A DNA stretch of 64,000 bases from Centroscyllium fabricii (GCA_051313645.2 JBNRSN020000007.1:261516001-261580000); one strand, 5' to 3'; positions 1 to 12,690 are shown, counted from the first letter of the stretch. Numbers and translations: made by a program. The notes: generated by a model from the sequence alone, not told the origin.

Positions 1-1209
1 GAGCACTTCAAAAATCAGTTAGACTTACAGCATTGTATATTATTATTGGACATGCATGTAAATGCCCCATTATGCACTTATTCTCTGTTGGCTGAGATCC
101 TTGATAAAGCAGCCACCTAGTTCAGTCAGTTCAGCCAGTCCCTTGGATGATGATGATTATAGAGCGGTTCCACTATTGCCCACATAATTAATTACACTGT
201 TACTTTTCTGTTAGGCCTAAAGCAAAACAAAGGTCTTACACTGATCCACTTGGACCAGTCCCCCTAACTAATATGCCTTAAATTTGGTGGTGACCTTATT
301 TCAGTGACAAGTTTCTGTTGGTAATTAAATACATTTAATTGACGTGGTCTTTGTGGTGATTTGCAGCTATGCAAGTAATTGGTTTAGTTCCTTGGTTTAC
401 AGTACGCGAGATGTCTCACCTGACACTTTAAACAGGATTATTTTCCCATCCTGCAAATACCGTGTTGATTTACATATAGACCATCTGTATATAAAGAGAG
501 CATTCTAAAGTTAAGCGCTCCTTCACCCTGAGGGCTGCAGATAGATAGTATTCATGAATTTGATTCGAGGTCACACCCCTAACATTAATTTTGTTAATAA
601 ATATTTGAAACAATGGCTTGTATGTGAGTTAATACGGTAAATGCATTTTTTAATCAAATTAAACCAGTATGTTAAAACCTGTCAAGCAGATGAAGTGGTT
701 TCTATTGTAAGTTTCACTCTTGCTCACTTCCGTAATTCACGCTCATCATGTTGAGGTGGTTAACACTTCATGCATGTTTTACTGTACTTGAAGTCTAATG
801 GTCAAGATTATTTTGTTATTTTTAATCCACAACAATTTCATTTATTCTGGAGGGCCAAGGTTTAGCTTTAGAATTGTAGGAACGGAGGGAGATCATTTCG
901 CCCCTTGAGCCTGCTCTGCCATTCTATTGGATCATGGCTGACTTAAATATCAACTCCGATTATCCACATTTTCTCCATATGCCGACGAACCCATCAATTT
1001 CTGTCTTGAAAATTTAAATTGACCCAGCCATCCATAGCCTATTGGGAGAGAGAATTTCAGATTTCCACTACACTTTGTGTGGAGAAAGTGCTCCCTGATT
1101 TCACTCCTAAACGGCCTCGCTCTCATTTTAAGATTATTCCCCCTTGTGGATTCCCCACCAGCGGAAATAGTTTCTCTATCCTATCAAAATCCTTTTGTTA
1201 TTTTAAATA

Positions 1210-1235
1210 CAGGTTGAGCACCGGTAATCTGGCAC
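1210..1235. mobile_element. Isolated left TIR of Tigger-like family A
   Basis: TA|CAGGTTGAGCACCGGTAATCTGGCAC. Confidence 0.7.
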
Positions 1236-1446
1236 TACATCACACCTCGGCAGAGAGACATTCATAGGTTGATTGCTATGAATGTCTCTCTGCCGAGGTG
1301 TGATGTAAGGCAGTTGGAAAGATGACATTGTTCTCTGACTATATATGCTGTGTCTCGATGCATCTCTATTACACCTGACGAAGGGGCAGACGCTCCGAAA
1401 GCTTGTGATTTGAAATAAAACTGTTGGACTATAACCTGAGTTGTGC
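1236..1446 (+). mobile_element. Penelope-like terminal repeat family A with fold-back 5' end and hammerhead motif
   Basis: 32-bp inverted arms 1236-1267/1276-1307; CTGACGA..GAAA core at 1375-1400; same body as 49988-50195. Confidence 0.75.
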
Positions 1447-2001
1447 ACATGGACACCCAAATCCCTTTGCTCCTCCACAGCTTAGTCTCCCGAAATTTGT
1501 CTTGCTCTGCTCCAAAATGGGTGATCTCCCACACTTACCCACATTGAACCTCACCTGCCACTCTTGCCTATTCACTTAATTTGTCTGTCACTTTGGTAAC
1601 TTCCTGCTCCCATCTGCACAAGTTAGCATGCCTCCTAACTTGGTGTCACCCGCAAACTTGGATATACAACTCTCATCCAAGTCTGTATATGTGGTGAAAA
1701 GCTACGTCTCCGGGACATATCTCTAGGGAACACCAGTTGTCACACCCCGCCAATCAAAGAATGTTTCCTTTCTGTCTCCGACCCCCCCCCAAAACTAATT
1801 ACCAACCCATTTCACAAGGTTCCCTCCAATTCTGTGCACTTCGTGCCAGTATAATTCCAAACATGCCACCACATCAAAATGTAGAAATTGATCAGCAAAC
1901 ATGGAATTCTCCAGAAGGAAAAATGACTTTTGTAGTGGTGTAGTTCAATTATAAAATTTTATTTTAACTTTTCTTTGTTTTTCCCTTTTTTCACCCTCTA
2001 G

Positions 2002-2366
2002 TGTCATCGTGTATAACCACTTATAAGAAGACTCCTCCACCAGTTCCACCGCGAACCACATCTAAACCATTTATTTCAGTTACAGTCCAGAGCAGCACAG
2101 AATCAGCACAAGACACATACCTCGACAATCAGGACCACAAGAGTGATCTAAACAGTCAGTCTGGTCTCAGTAATTCTTCGGACAGCTTGGATAGTGCCAG
2201 GGCTCTGAACACTACCAAAACGGGAAGCGTCAGTGCTCCAGTTCGTGAACAGTTAGACAACCAGCACCGAAATGCTACAGTGACAACTGAGAAAGGACCA
2301 CTTGTTACGGAGGACCCAAAAGTGGAACCTCCCCCAAAGAGAAAGCTTTCTTCTATAGGGATACAG
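2002..2366 (+). CDS. DLGAP4: DLGAP4 (SAPAP4) internal coding exon
   Basis: Translates SSCITTYKKTPPPVPPRTTSKPFISVTVQSSTESAQDTYLD...PKRKLSSIGIQ, matching DLGAP4 as I recall it; polypyrimidine+AG acceptor at 2000-2001, donor CAG|GTAATT at 2367. Confidence 0.95.
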
Positions 2367-4871
2367 GTAATTTCTGCCAGATATTTTGCAGGGTAAAAGT
2401 GCGGTACAGGATATTTTTCAGTAAATTCAGACTTATGCAGTTAGCAATACAATTTAAGATGCTGGCTTTTAATATTTTGTTTACATTCTACTGGATGTAT
2501 ATAGCTGCTGCATACCTGTTGCTGTACTTGTCTGCAAAAAAATCTGACAATGCAAACTCTTAAACACTGAATTCTGTACTATTATAGTTCCTGTGCTAAA
2601 GATGTTGGGTAGCCGCAGAGGAGGAAATGTGACGACATTTGATCAGCTGCTTGAATGTGGGGGCGTGTGTTGTCTTTTCTGTTTGCTTTTTTTACTCTGC
2701 TTTCCATAACCAGCAGCTTGTTTGGTATTTGTTAATATTTCTATGATGCCCTTTGTGGCCCTGGGCAAGTTCACTAATCTTTGAGGTAAGTTATTGTGTT
2801 GGGGGTGACTCGCGAATGGCTTAACATGCCCATCCTGGTTCTTGGGCTGACATAGTCTGAGGTGCTTCCTTCCTGGCTGGGTGTACATGGTACTCGTACT
2901 GCTCCCTGTATACCACAGTGTCTATTACTGTTGCACATTTCCTTTTAGTCCCTTATTCAGGGATGAATTCTCCATTGGTGCCAGGATTAAAGATTTCGGT
3001 CTTGATGCTGCCACTTCAAAGATTTGACTGCAATGTTAAAACTTTGATAAATTGTGTGAAAAATCTGTAACTATTAAATTTTGGATTCTAATTGTTGTTA
3101 ATTGATGAGAACCAAATCTAAAAGGGAGTGCAATGTTTTCAGCTGTGGCACCAAGCCAGTATTGTCACGCCTCCCTGTTGATCAACAGCTGTACCTTTTT
3201 TGGAATGCTGCAAACGAGTGTGGATTTAGTTATCGAGGTGATGCTCTGTTTTTAATGAGTGCAGTAATGCTACTTTTTGATCAGTGCAAAGTGCTTTTAG
3301 ATGTGCATCGATGTAAAAATGGCAGCGGAATTACCAAGCACTTTAAAGTGCTACGGTGTGAGACCCTTTATAGAAAGTTGTGTCCTAGTAGGTTTGAGTT
3401 ATATGCTGTATAACCCCAGCTTGGCTCAACTTGAAACAAATACTCTTTGGCTTACATTCTGGGCTTGTCCTGCACCAGGGATCCTGTTCCCTCATGTCTT
3501 TTGGGTCAGAACATCGTACTAATACCAATCCATAACAAAAACATCCAATTTCCCTGTGATTTTAGAAAAATTGTAATGTGTCCCAAGTTTATTCTAAGAA
3601 CCAATTTTGTTGCCTTATTGGATTATCAGATTTCTATATGTTTCTGTAACTTGATGACTTATTAGCATGTTATTTCTATTGCTGCATGTTCATAATAATG
3701 CTTTCTGCAAAGACAACATTCCTTTCCTTTGGGTAGTTAACACTGTCTTATCAGAAGTTAGCACAGATCCCTGAGAGTGCGTGATATTAGCAGGGTTTCC
3801 TGTACACATTCAACAAACACTTCCATAACTTCCTTGGGGCTTGTTCTCTATCTTTTAAGCCTACTTATATATGCCGTTGCTTTGTTTGCCATTCGTAAAA
3901 TATGACCCTTTTCAGTGTTTAGCTATCCAATGTACCAAAATGTATTTCTTGCTGTACTTTAAAGAATAAAAAGTATATCAAATCTTACTATCTTTAGCAC
4001 TCCTGTTTTACCTTGCATTCTTCCCTCTTTGTCTTCCACAACATTACCCAAATGAGGAAACATGGGCCATTGTTTAATCTCTTTCATCTTTCGACAAGCC
4101 AAGCCGTCTATATGACCTCTCACTTGCTTCCCCTCCTCTCCTCCCTGCCCCCAAATCTTTTCCTGGGATCTGTATCTGCTTCAAAAAAGAATCTTCTGTC
4201 AGCGGCAATTGTACTGTTGCTTTACACCAGGCAAAAGTTCTAGGGATCGGTGTTCATTCTTTTCCTCCAACAATTAAATACGTCGATCTTTTGAAGTCCA
4301 GATTCTTATTTTTTCCCTATATTCTGGCTTTCCAATTCTCTAAGCCTCCAATAAGCAAGTGTGGGAGTGTGTTTTCTTCTGCGTGCAATCCCTTTAAGGT
4401 ACATATTAAGTTGGTGTTACTTCAATCACTGTTTCATACTGCATTGTTCACAGTTGACAACGACATTTTAAAGTTTGCAAACCCTGCCATTCTAACAGGA
4501 TGTACCCACCCCCAAAAAATTCTAAGTAGTATATTTATCTATGAAGTGTTAAAACAAAGATGTTAAAACCAAGAAATCTGTAGCCTTAATTGTTGGTACA
4601 TTAATTCATGCTGGAAATTCGGGAACATTTCTGGTCAGTTTCATCGCTACTAACCAGTGGTAATAGTTGTGTATAGCACTTTTCCTGAGAGGACCATGGC
4701 ATTCATTTCCCATTATAAGATTTTTAGGTAGGTAGTTTTCTTTACAAGACCAATTTTACTGTAGTTCATTTAAAACCAAGTTAATATTTAGAACACAATT
4801 GCATGAAAAAATGGAATCGATAAATGCTGAATTTTATCATCATTGACTTGTCGAGATGTCTTTCTTTTTAG

Positions 4872-4963
4872 GTTGACTGTTCCCAGAACTTAATTAAAGA
4901 ACAAGATTCTCAACTTATCAACAGGTTCCAGTCTATTGGAATACAAGTGGAAGACGAGTGGCG
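4872..4963 (+). CDS. DLGAP4: DLGAP4 coding exon (VDCSQNLIKEQDSQLINRFQSIGIQVEDEWR)
   Basis: TTTTTAG| acceptor, CG|GTGAGT donor; equivalent to VDCIQP...FQSIGVQVEDDWR; phases fit neighbours; too short for the ORF track. Confidence 0.92.
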
Positions 4964-5214
4964 GTGAGTGAAATTAGTTCCGCCAACTGAACAATTGAAT
5001 GTATTTTAAAACTTTACCATTTCTGCTCACTCCATCCCATTTGCTGATTAATCTACTGATCACCGGGCACTCTACTTGCACTGTAACTGCCTGGAAATAT
5101 TCCATGTTGGCTTTCTTTTGAGCAAGCATTTTGCTTACTGATTTTTTTTCCCCCTTTTAATTTCTGGTATTCTGAACTTGCTTTTGTAGCGATTTCCATT
5201 CTAACGTGGTTGTA

Positions 5215-5605
5215 CAGGTTGAGCACCGTTAATCCGGCACGGTCAGGGCCAGGCAGGCCCGTGCCGGAAAAGTGAAAACTCCGAACAATTGAAGCTTCGG
5301 CGAGCGCATGCGCAGACCATTCAAAATGGCCGCCACGAAAGGCCGGTGGCCATTTTGAATGGTCTGCGCATGCGCTCATCATTCGGGGAGGCCTGGAATC
5401 GTTCGGGACCATTCAAAATGGCCGCCACGAAAGGCCGGCGGCCATTTTGAATGGTCTGCGCATGCGCTCATCATTCGGGGAGGCCCGGGCATGCGCAGCC
5501 AATCGGGGTGGCCATTTTGCGCATGCGCAGATCAGTCGGCCGGATTCGTTCCGGACGACTGAAGTTGCCGGGTTAACGGTGTCCGGATTAACGATCCTCT
5601 ACCCG
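5215..5605. mobile_element. Tigger/pogo-like MITE family A (no cargo, internal tandem duplication)
   Basis: TA flanks, TIR CAGGTTGAGCACCGTTAATCCG, degenerate right TIR; ~80-bp hairpin unit present twice. Confidence 0.85.
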
Positions 5606-7275
5606 TATTAGAATTGAAAGAAAAAGGTCCCATTAGTAAATATTCACCATCTTGTTCCATAACTCAGTAAATTGATAAATATTATATAGATATTTTCAAA
5701 AAGTTCAACAATGTTATTGACATGTGGGCAGTGGGTTGCTGAAGGTGTGCTATGCCTTGAAATGAGGATAAATGTCGACAGCAGCAAACAGACTCTGAAA
5801 TTACCTGAGCCTTTCTTGCTTGTCTTTTAGTTTCAGCCAGTTTCCAAGCGGTATTGGCAAAAGCTAGAAACTATTGAGACAAAAAATTGGGAGGGTTAAT
5901 ATTAAATGGCCAGCAGGAGGTCTGACTTTTAAATTGCCAGCCTATTCCATCATGGTTTTTAAAACTTATTAGTTGACGGAAAATAAAACTTTTGCCTGCA
6001 TTTTTACACCATAATTCCTAGCAATCTCGAGAACTCCAGCAGTGCTGAAATTCATCACATGACCTGTAGATCAGAAAGGTCTTAATTCAGTCACTTCTGC
6101 GCCGAGTAATTTCATCTTCATCGGGATGATGGGCCACTGCTGCAATAGATGTCAAGAAATCGGAAGGGTAATAATTGGACAGTGTTCCCATTGATCTCAA
6201 TTTAGTAAGCCGCATAGGAAATATGCACCTGTTGGTGTTGAGTGTGCTCACAATAAGCTTCAGCTTTGGCCTGTTGATTGAATACTCACTAACACTGGGT
6301 GAAATGGCTATTTTGGTGAGGAACTATAATGTGGATGCCACCTGTGAAACTGAATCTTGCCATGATGTTCTAATTCCAGCTTTTGTTTAGCTTTCACATA
6401 GAAATAGGATGTCGTCGTCTCACAGGTTGGAGAGGCATGTGGAAGAATTTTTTTTTCAGAAACAGTTTTATATACAGCATAGTTTTTCTTATATATCCCT
6501 TGGGTTGATGTACACAGCTTTTGCCAAAACAAATCCCCACCAAGGCAAAAGTGTTTGATGTAATATCAAATCTTGGATAAATCCATCACTAAACAAAAAC
6601 CAGCAAATGGATTGTAGAGTGCATCTCCATGTGTTACTGTCTGGCAAGGAAGAACCAGCAATGGAAGTTTCATGCAGTTTCCACTTATTCTGGCAACATG
6701 CAGAGAATTCCTCTTGAAGCAGCATGTTGCACGGGTACCTCACCCCATTAACTTTCAAAAAGCACTATTGTCTTGATCTGACAGCTTGGGACATTACATG
6801 CTTTCTTAGATTGCAGCTGGTTTGAAGATTTAGTTCTTCAGAGTCATTGCCAATTTCTGTGCTCCAATTTTATGTGGAGGCTGAAGGAATATCTTAGATC
6901 GTTACTTTTGCTTTATTTGTTAAACTTTGTCTCTATGCCAGCTCCTTTGCTCAAATAACGAAGTCTACAGTTCAAAATTAGCCTGATGTGCAGTGGAATG
7001 GGAGCTCACATGATCAAATGACGGTGGTAAGAGAGCAAATTACTGACCCGGTCAGGATATAGTCTCAATGTGGCTTCCCTCTCCCATGAGAAAATGGCAA
7101 TAGCCTGTTTGTGTGTGAAAGTTGAACTTTTTTCAAAAAAATAAGGGAGATTTTACCTACCATGCATGGCTATATTCGCCAATGTTTCAAGGAGTGTTTA
7201 TTGTCCTCATTTTAAAGAAAAAGTGCGACAGAATCTGTGCATCATATCTATTGCAGTGATGTTAAACAAGTTAAT

Positions 7276-8101
7276 GGGCCAGAATTTCGGGTTTGCCGGT
7301 TGCTGGGCAACTAGGACCATGCGGAGCACTTAAGAACCGCACCAACATCGGACTTTTTTTACTCTCTGCATTTCGGCTCGGCTCCGCCCCCTTCCTGCGC
7401 AACGTGGCAGTCCAGCCACGCTAGGAGCGCAGTGTATGCCCCGCCCACAGACCCCAAATTTAAATTAAAAAACGCCCACAGATCCCCAATTTAAATTTTA
7501 AAATGCGCACAGATCCCGAGTCGGACCTTTGAGACCCCAGGGACGTGAGGCGCTGCACTCACAGACTCGGCAGTGAGCAGCGCGGCCAGTCCAGCTTTTG
7601 ACCGAAGGTAAGTCAGCGATTTTTTTCTTTGTTTTTTAACTTCACTAAATTAGTTAAAAATTTCAGAACTCTAAATTTAAAAATTAGCGATTTGGATTAG
7701 GTATAGCAATTCAAAATCGGATTTGTAATTTTTAAAAAAAAACTTTAGCATCGAAATTTAATGATACCGATCTGGCCACATTACTCCTAAAAACTGTTAA
7801 AACTTAAAATTAAAGGTAAAAAAGTAACTTACCTTGTTTAAGAACGTTTTTCTCTCCCTCACCCACGGGTTACTGCAGCTTTTTTGAAGTGCATCTCAAG
7901 GCTCTGTTGCCCACGGAATCACACAGCAAATTGACCCTTTTACACCGGAAATCTTGGGTGCAACTCACTCCTGCGTTTGATGCTGAGGGCCCTTCTCCCT
8001 CAGCATCGGAAATCTCGGATCCGTGGGCATCTCCCGTGCGTTCATCGCACGGGGCATTTCGTCCGTGGGCATCTGGTTTGAGGCACCCGAAATTCTGGCC
8101 C
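7276..8101. mobile_element. Non-autonomous DNA transposon, PIF/Harbinger-like
   Basis: TIR GGGCCAGAATTTCGGG / CCCGAAATTCTGGCCC, 3-bp TSD AAT. Confidence 0.8.
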
Positions 8102-8256
8102 AATATGTTTCAATATATTTTTGGACAGTGTTTCATGGAGGTTATACCCCTTCTTAATGCATTTGCTTGTAAATCAGCTTGCATTGCATTTTGCAGTTAG
8201 CTCACTTAAAAGGAGTAGTTAAGTAATTCTAAACATTGTCTCATTACTTAAAACAG

Positions 8257-8675
8257 CTTAAGCCGCTGCAGCAGCATGACATCAAAACAAGAAACTGACT
8301 CTGATACACAGGAATGTAGTAATTCTACTGCTGGATCCCAGGACAAAAGCAATCAGCTTTCGGATTCAACTCCGCATCACAATGCCTCAAACCCTGAACC
8401 TGCTGTACGGCAGCACGCAAAAGGCTCCCAGACAAAAAATAAAGCTTTTGCTTATGGAGATAACTTAGACCCAGCCCTAGATCCATCCTCTTTACCACCA
8501 CCAGAGCCATGGTTAGAATCTACTAACAACCTTCCTGTCGAACCAGTACATGCTACTTCATGTCGTCGGGATGGTTATTGGTTCTTGAAACTGTTGCAAG
8601 CAGAAAAAGAAAGAATGGAAGGATGGTGTCATCAAATGGAGAAAGAAACCAAAGAAAATAATCTATCTGAAGAAG
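8257..8675 (+). CDS. DLGAP4: DLGAP4 coding exon (start of C-terminal GKAP/GH1 domain)
   Basis: LSRCSSMTSKQETDSDTQ...LPPPEPWLE...CRRDGYWFLKLLQAEKERMEGWCHQMEKETKENNLSEE; AAACAG| acceptor, G|GTATGT donor. Confidence 0.95.
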
Positions 8676-9271
8676 GTATGTAGTTAGGAAAATAATACTT
8701 TCCCCCATCATAAGTAGAATTCACTTCAAGTCCTTGGTTTGTTGTAAGATTAAATAAAAATCGATGTATAGTCTTGATATCAAATTCCATTCTATAGCTC
8801 TAGGATTCTTTGTAAACTGTCTTCAAAGTTCACTTCTGATTTTTTAACAATTAATATATTTAAATAATAAGTATTAAGTACCAGCAAGGGGAGAAGAGCT
8901 GGCTTGGAAATGATACTGGGCATGACTGAATGAATGCAGTTCCTAACCCAGGTTGTTTTGTTCAAAGAGTACATAAAACCATGTCTTTAAAAAGATATCC
9001 AGTTAGCAATTCGATCTACCAAGGAGCACTTCAAAATTAAGGTTTACAGCGTCCTTATTCTTGAATGCATGCGACCTAGATGCTTCCATTATCTTTTATT
9101 AAACTGTCGTGCAGCACTGGACCTCTGTTGGATTTCTCTCTGCCCCAAAGCAGATGGAGACGAGCGTGTACTGGTTCCAAGCGATCTTTATTCAAGCACG
9201 TGCAGAGGCCCTCTCAGTCTGAGCTGAGACAGGAGTCTAATTTTTACATTCGAGCAGTTAGTTGGCTTATA

Positions 9272-9590
9272 CAGGTTGAGCACTGTTAATCCGGCACGGG
9301 CGGGACCAGCCCCGTGCCGGGAAAGTGAAAATCCCGAACGATTGAAGCTTCGGCGAGTGCATGCGCAGACCATTCAAAATGGCCACCGCAAAAGGCTGGT
9401 GGCCATTTTGAGTGTTCTGTGCGTGCGCTTATCGTTCGGAGAGTCCCGGCCCGGCCCGCTATCAGCTCGGAGGGACCATTGTGAATGATCTGCGTATGTG
9501 CTCGCCGTTCGGCGGCGCATGCGCCGATCATTCACCGAAGCATCAATCACGGCGGCCATTTTGCGCATGCGCGGGGCAGTCGGGGAAATT
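9272..9590. mobile_element. Tigger-like MITE family A, right end missing
   Basis: TA|CAGGTTGAGCACTGTTAATCCGG plus the family arm motifs. Confidence 0.8.
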
Positions 9591-9790
9591 ATTGCCTCAT
9601 TGCATTCAGTGCAAAAGTATAATTTTTCCACAGTAAAAATTAACATTTACAATATTGTGTACCTGCACTGTAAATTAAATGTGTTTCTCCGTTCTGAGAT
9701 CCTGCTGCCAATAGGCCAGAATTTGTATTTGAAAAGAAATCAGCAACATGAGCACTACAAAAACTTGGACATTCTTCATAATAGCTGGTA

Positions 9791-10430
9791 CAGGTTGTGC
9801 ACCGTAGATTTGGCACGGGCGGGACTCGGCCTGTGCCGGTGTACCGAAAAAAACGGGAGAATGAAGCCGGCCATGCGCGCACCATTCAAAATGGCCGCCA
9901 CAAAGTTTTGAATGATCGGCGCATGCGACGGCGAGCGCATGTGCAGATCATGCGAAATGGCCGCCCCGATGTTGTACCCTCGATGTCGGGCATCTGCTCC
10001 TCATCCGACAGGTCAGAGAAGGCCTCCTCCTCGTCTCCCAGCGACTCCGAGGCGCCGGAGCTCTCGGCCTCCCGAGTCCGAGTCGCGGTTCAAGCCGCTG
10101 CTGCCTTCCATGGGGTCGGCGTCTCCTGAAGCCTTCGGGACGGTGAGTGTGGATGTGCCGGGATCAAAGGCTGGAGTGGGCTCTGCTGCTCTCTCTCTCG
10201 CCTGTCCTCTCCTGTCTGTCTGCTCGCCCTGCTCATTTGCAAAATGGCCGGCGCGATCGAGGCTTCGGCGAATGATCTGCTCATGCGCTCGCCGTTTGGC
10301 GGCGCATGCGCAGATCATTCACCGAAGCCTCGATCGCAGCAGCCATTTTGCGCAGGGCAGTCGGGGCGATTTGTGCCGGACGACTGAAGTTGCCGGCTTT
10401 TCAGTTACCCGATTAACGGTGCTCAACCTG
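9791..10430. mobile_element. Tigger-like MITE family A with ~270-bp GC-rich cargo
   Basis: Both TIRs and TA flanks present; unique centre ~9970-10240. Confidence 0.88.
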
Positions 10431-10820
10431 TACTAGATGGACAGTACCCCTGTATTTAAAAAAAATGTTATATATATTTGATTTTAACTGCACACGTGGC
10501 AAGAAAATAATTTGCAGATGGTACTGGTGTGGTACTAGTACTGTCTTTTCAGTGCTGATTTATTATGGTTTGTTTTCACCAGTATTATACTTTGCCATTA
10601 AGCATTCTTCAGTTCAGATTACTTATAATTGTGTTCATTTTCTCTAGAAGGAAGCTGGATCAGTATCACCTCTACTACCCTAGAAGTAGGTGATGTCTTC
10701 AGGGTCTAAGCATAGGGTGCAGAACTTCTAGCTGGAGGAATGAAGAGTATTTCTGGAACTACTCCATAGCTGTTCTCCTCCTTTAACACATTGCAGGAAG
10801 TGACAGGAAGATGTTTAGTA

Positions 10821-11833
10821 CAGGTTGTGCACCATTAATTAAGCACGGGCGGGACTAGGCCTGCGCCAGTATACCGAAAAAAATGGAAGAATGAAGCCGG
10901 CCAGTGCGCATGCGCGCACCATTCAAAATGGCCGCCGCGAAGTTTTGAAGAATTCGAAACTCATGTACTTTTTTTAATTAAAAATGAGTCACACCACTTT
11001 TTAATCAAATGCCCGGTTCCTTTCTCTCTCCCCGCGACTCTGAGCGGAGATTTCTAACCGAGCGGGGCCGAAGCCCATGGAATCAGTGCAAAGCCCAGAC
11101 CCGGGACAGAGAGCCGGCACAAAGTACAGCAGCAAACTGACTGCCACCCCCGGGGGAGAAGGGGTGGCGGGGCTGCGCGCAGTTAGCCGGCCGGATGTGA
11201 AGAGCTTGTGGCGGGTTTGCGGGTACCTGGGACATTTGAAGACCGGCGGCGCCGCCGATCCCTTTAAAGAGAAAAGATTTTGAAAAAAGGTCATCGACCT
11301 GAAACACCAACTCTGCTCCTCTGTCCACTGATGCTGCCTGGCCTGCTGAGTTTCTCCAGCGTTTTCTGTTGGTATTTTTCAAAACTAGCGAAGCCGGGAG
11401 GGGAGATAGATTTGAAAGCCTGTGGGGGAATGTTTATGGATGTGATAGCTGCAGCCGCGGAGCTTCTCACTCCTCGCGCACATCGAGGGAGCAGGCCTTT
11501 TCATCCACAATGGCGGCGCGGGAAACATTTCACACTCGCATTGTTCTCCCACCGGCTTCAGCCCAGCCGCTCCATGTCCGCACCGCCGGCCGCTCAGCGC
11601 CATCTTCCCCACCCGCAGCATTCTGGGAGCACAGGCACCACTTCTCTTCCGGTGGCCGTTTTGAATGATCTGTGCATGCTCTCGCCGCTTGGCGGCACAT
11701 GCGCAGATCATTCGCTGAAGCATCGATCGCGGCGGCCATTTTGCGCATGCGCAGGACAGTCGGAACAATTTGTTCCGGAAGACTGAATGAAGCTGCCGGC
11801 TTACCGGGTAACGGATTAACGGTGCACAGCCTA
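10821..11833. mobile_element. Tigger-like MITE family A with mosaic cargo
   Basis: TIRs and TA flanks; cargo includes a Penelope-like family B piece (11278-11378) and a block shared with 46753-47433. Confidence 0.88.
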
Positions 11834-12145
11834 TATTTTAATATACATTTGAAAAGAACATGACTGGAAGCTATGTAGAATAGAAGGTAGGTAGAACAGC
11901 AGAATTTGGTGACTGATCTTCAGATGTTGGAGGAAGAAGTAGAAAACTTCAAGTGAGGGAGTTAGGTTTTGCTGCAGCAATGTACCTCACTGAAATTAAT
12001 GTTAATTCCTATGATTTGTTAATCTTTGTCATTTTCTTGCCTGATCTTTCTGAAGATTTTTATTCATTGTCCAAGATTTAATTATTTCACTGATTCTGAA
12101 TATAGTTAGCCCTGCACGTGGAAAATGGTCACTTTTTTTCTTTAG

Positions 12146-12237
12146 TCCTAGGAAAAATCCGGAGTGCGGTAGGAAGTGCACAGCTTTTGATGTCTCAGAA
12201 ATTACAGCAGTTCCATGGTCTCTGCGAGCAAAATCTG
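12146..12237 (+). CDS. DLGAP4: DLGAP4 coding exon (VLGKIRSAVGSAQLLMSQKLQQFHGLCEQNL)
   Basis: TTTCTTTAG| acceptor, CTG|GTATAT donor; GKAP domain motif; phase compatible. Confidence 0.94.
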
Positions 12238-12419
12238 GTATATACATCTTACTTATCATGAATAAGTTAATGGTAATAATTGGCATGCTTTCTAATTGCA
12301 AAGCATAGGATAGAATGCTAACTTCCTTGTCATTTACAATAGCTAATTCAGTGTGTAATAGCAATAACGGCAAGTGCCAAGCTTCAATGGTTTATAAATA
12401 TTCTTTATAGGCTTTCCCA

Positions 12420-12690
12420 ATGGCTCAGTGGGTACATTTCACACCTAGCGTGGTGCTGAGCCATACCGAGCAGGAAGATTTTTGCTCTGTGCTGCATTAA
12501 CTAATCTCTGCAGAGGGTTAGGGAGGGAAGGGAATTTCTGCTTCACTATCCCCAGGCTGGGAAGGAGGAAAAATCAGCAAAGATTTCCATTGCTAATCGT
12601 CATTCAGTGAAACCTGCTGCAAAGTAAACGCGTGTAGTTTTTGGATGAGGACAGAATTGGGGTCTTGGCCATGATGTCACATAGAAGAAT
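12420..12690 (+). mobile_element. Old SINE-like repeat (related copies ~58745-58940 + and ~61365-61950 -)
   Basis: Diverged shared blocks (AAATCAGC..TTCC..GATCGCTATCCAGTGA..AGGACAGGA-like) at three loci. Confidence 0.5.

Larger units (their letters stand above)
871..1845 (-). mobile_element. Degraded CR1-type LINE 3' fragment, interrupted at ~1208-1445
   Basis: CR1 tail-like sequence at 871-960; RDLGVHVH and KFAGDTKLGG-like RT remnants at 1446-1660. Confidence 0.75.

Noticed and set aside
9276-11863. Many CACA/RMR-containing ORFs in MITEs
   Set aside because: Translations of GCGCATGCGC and AAAATGGCC motifs; no transposase or other domain
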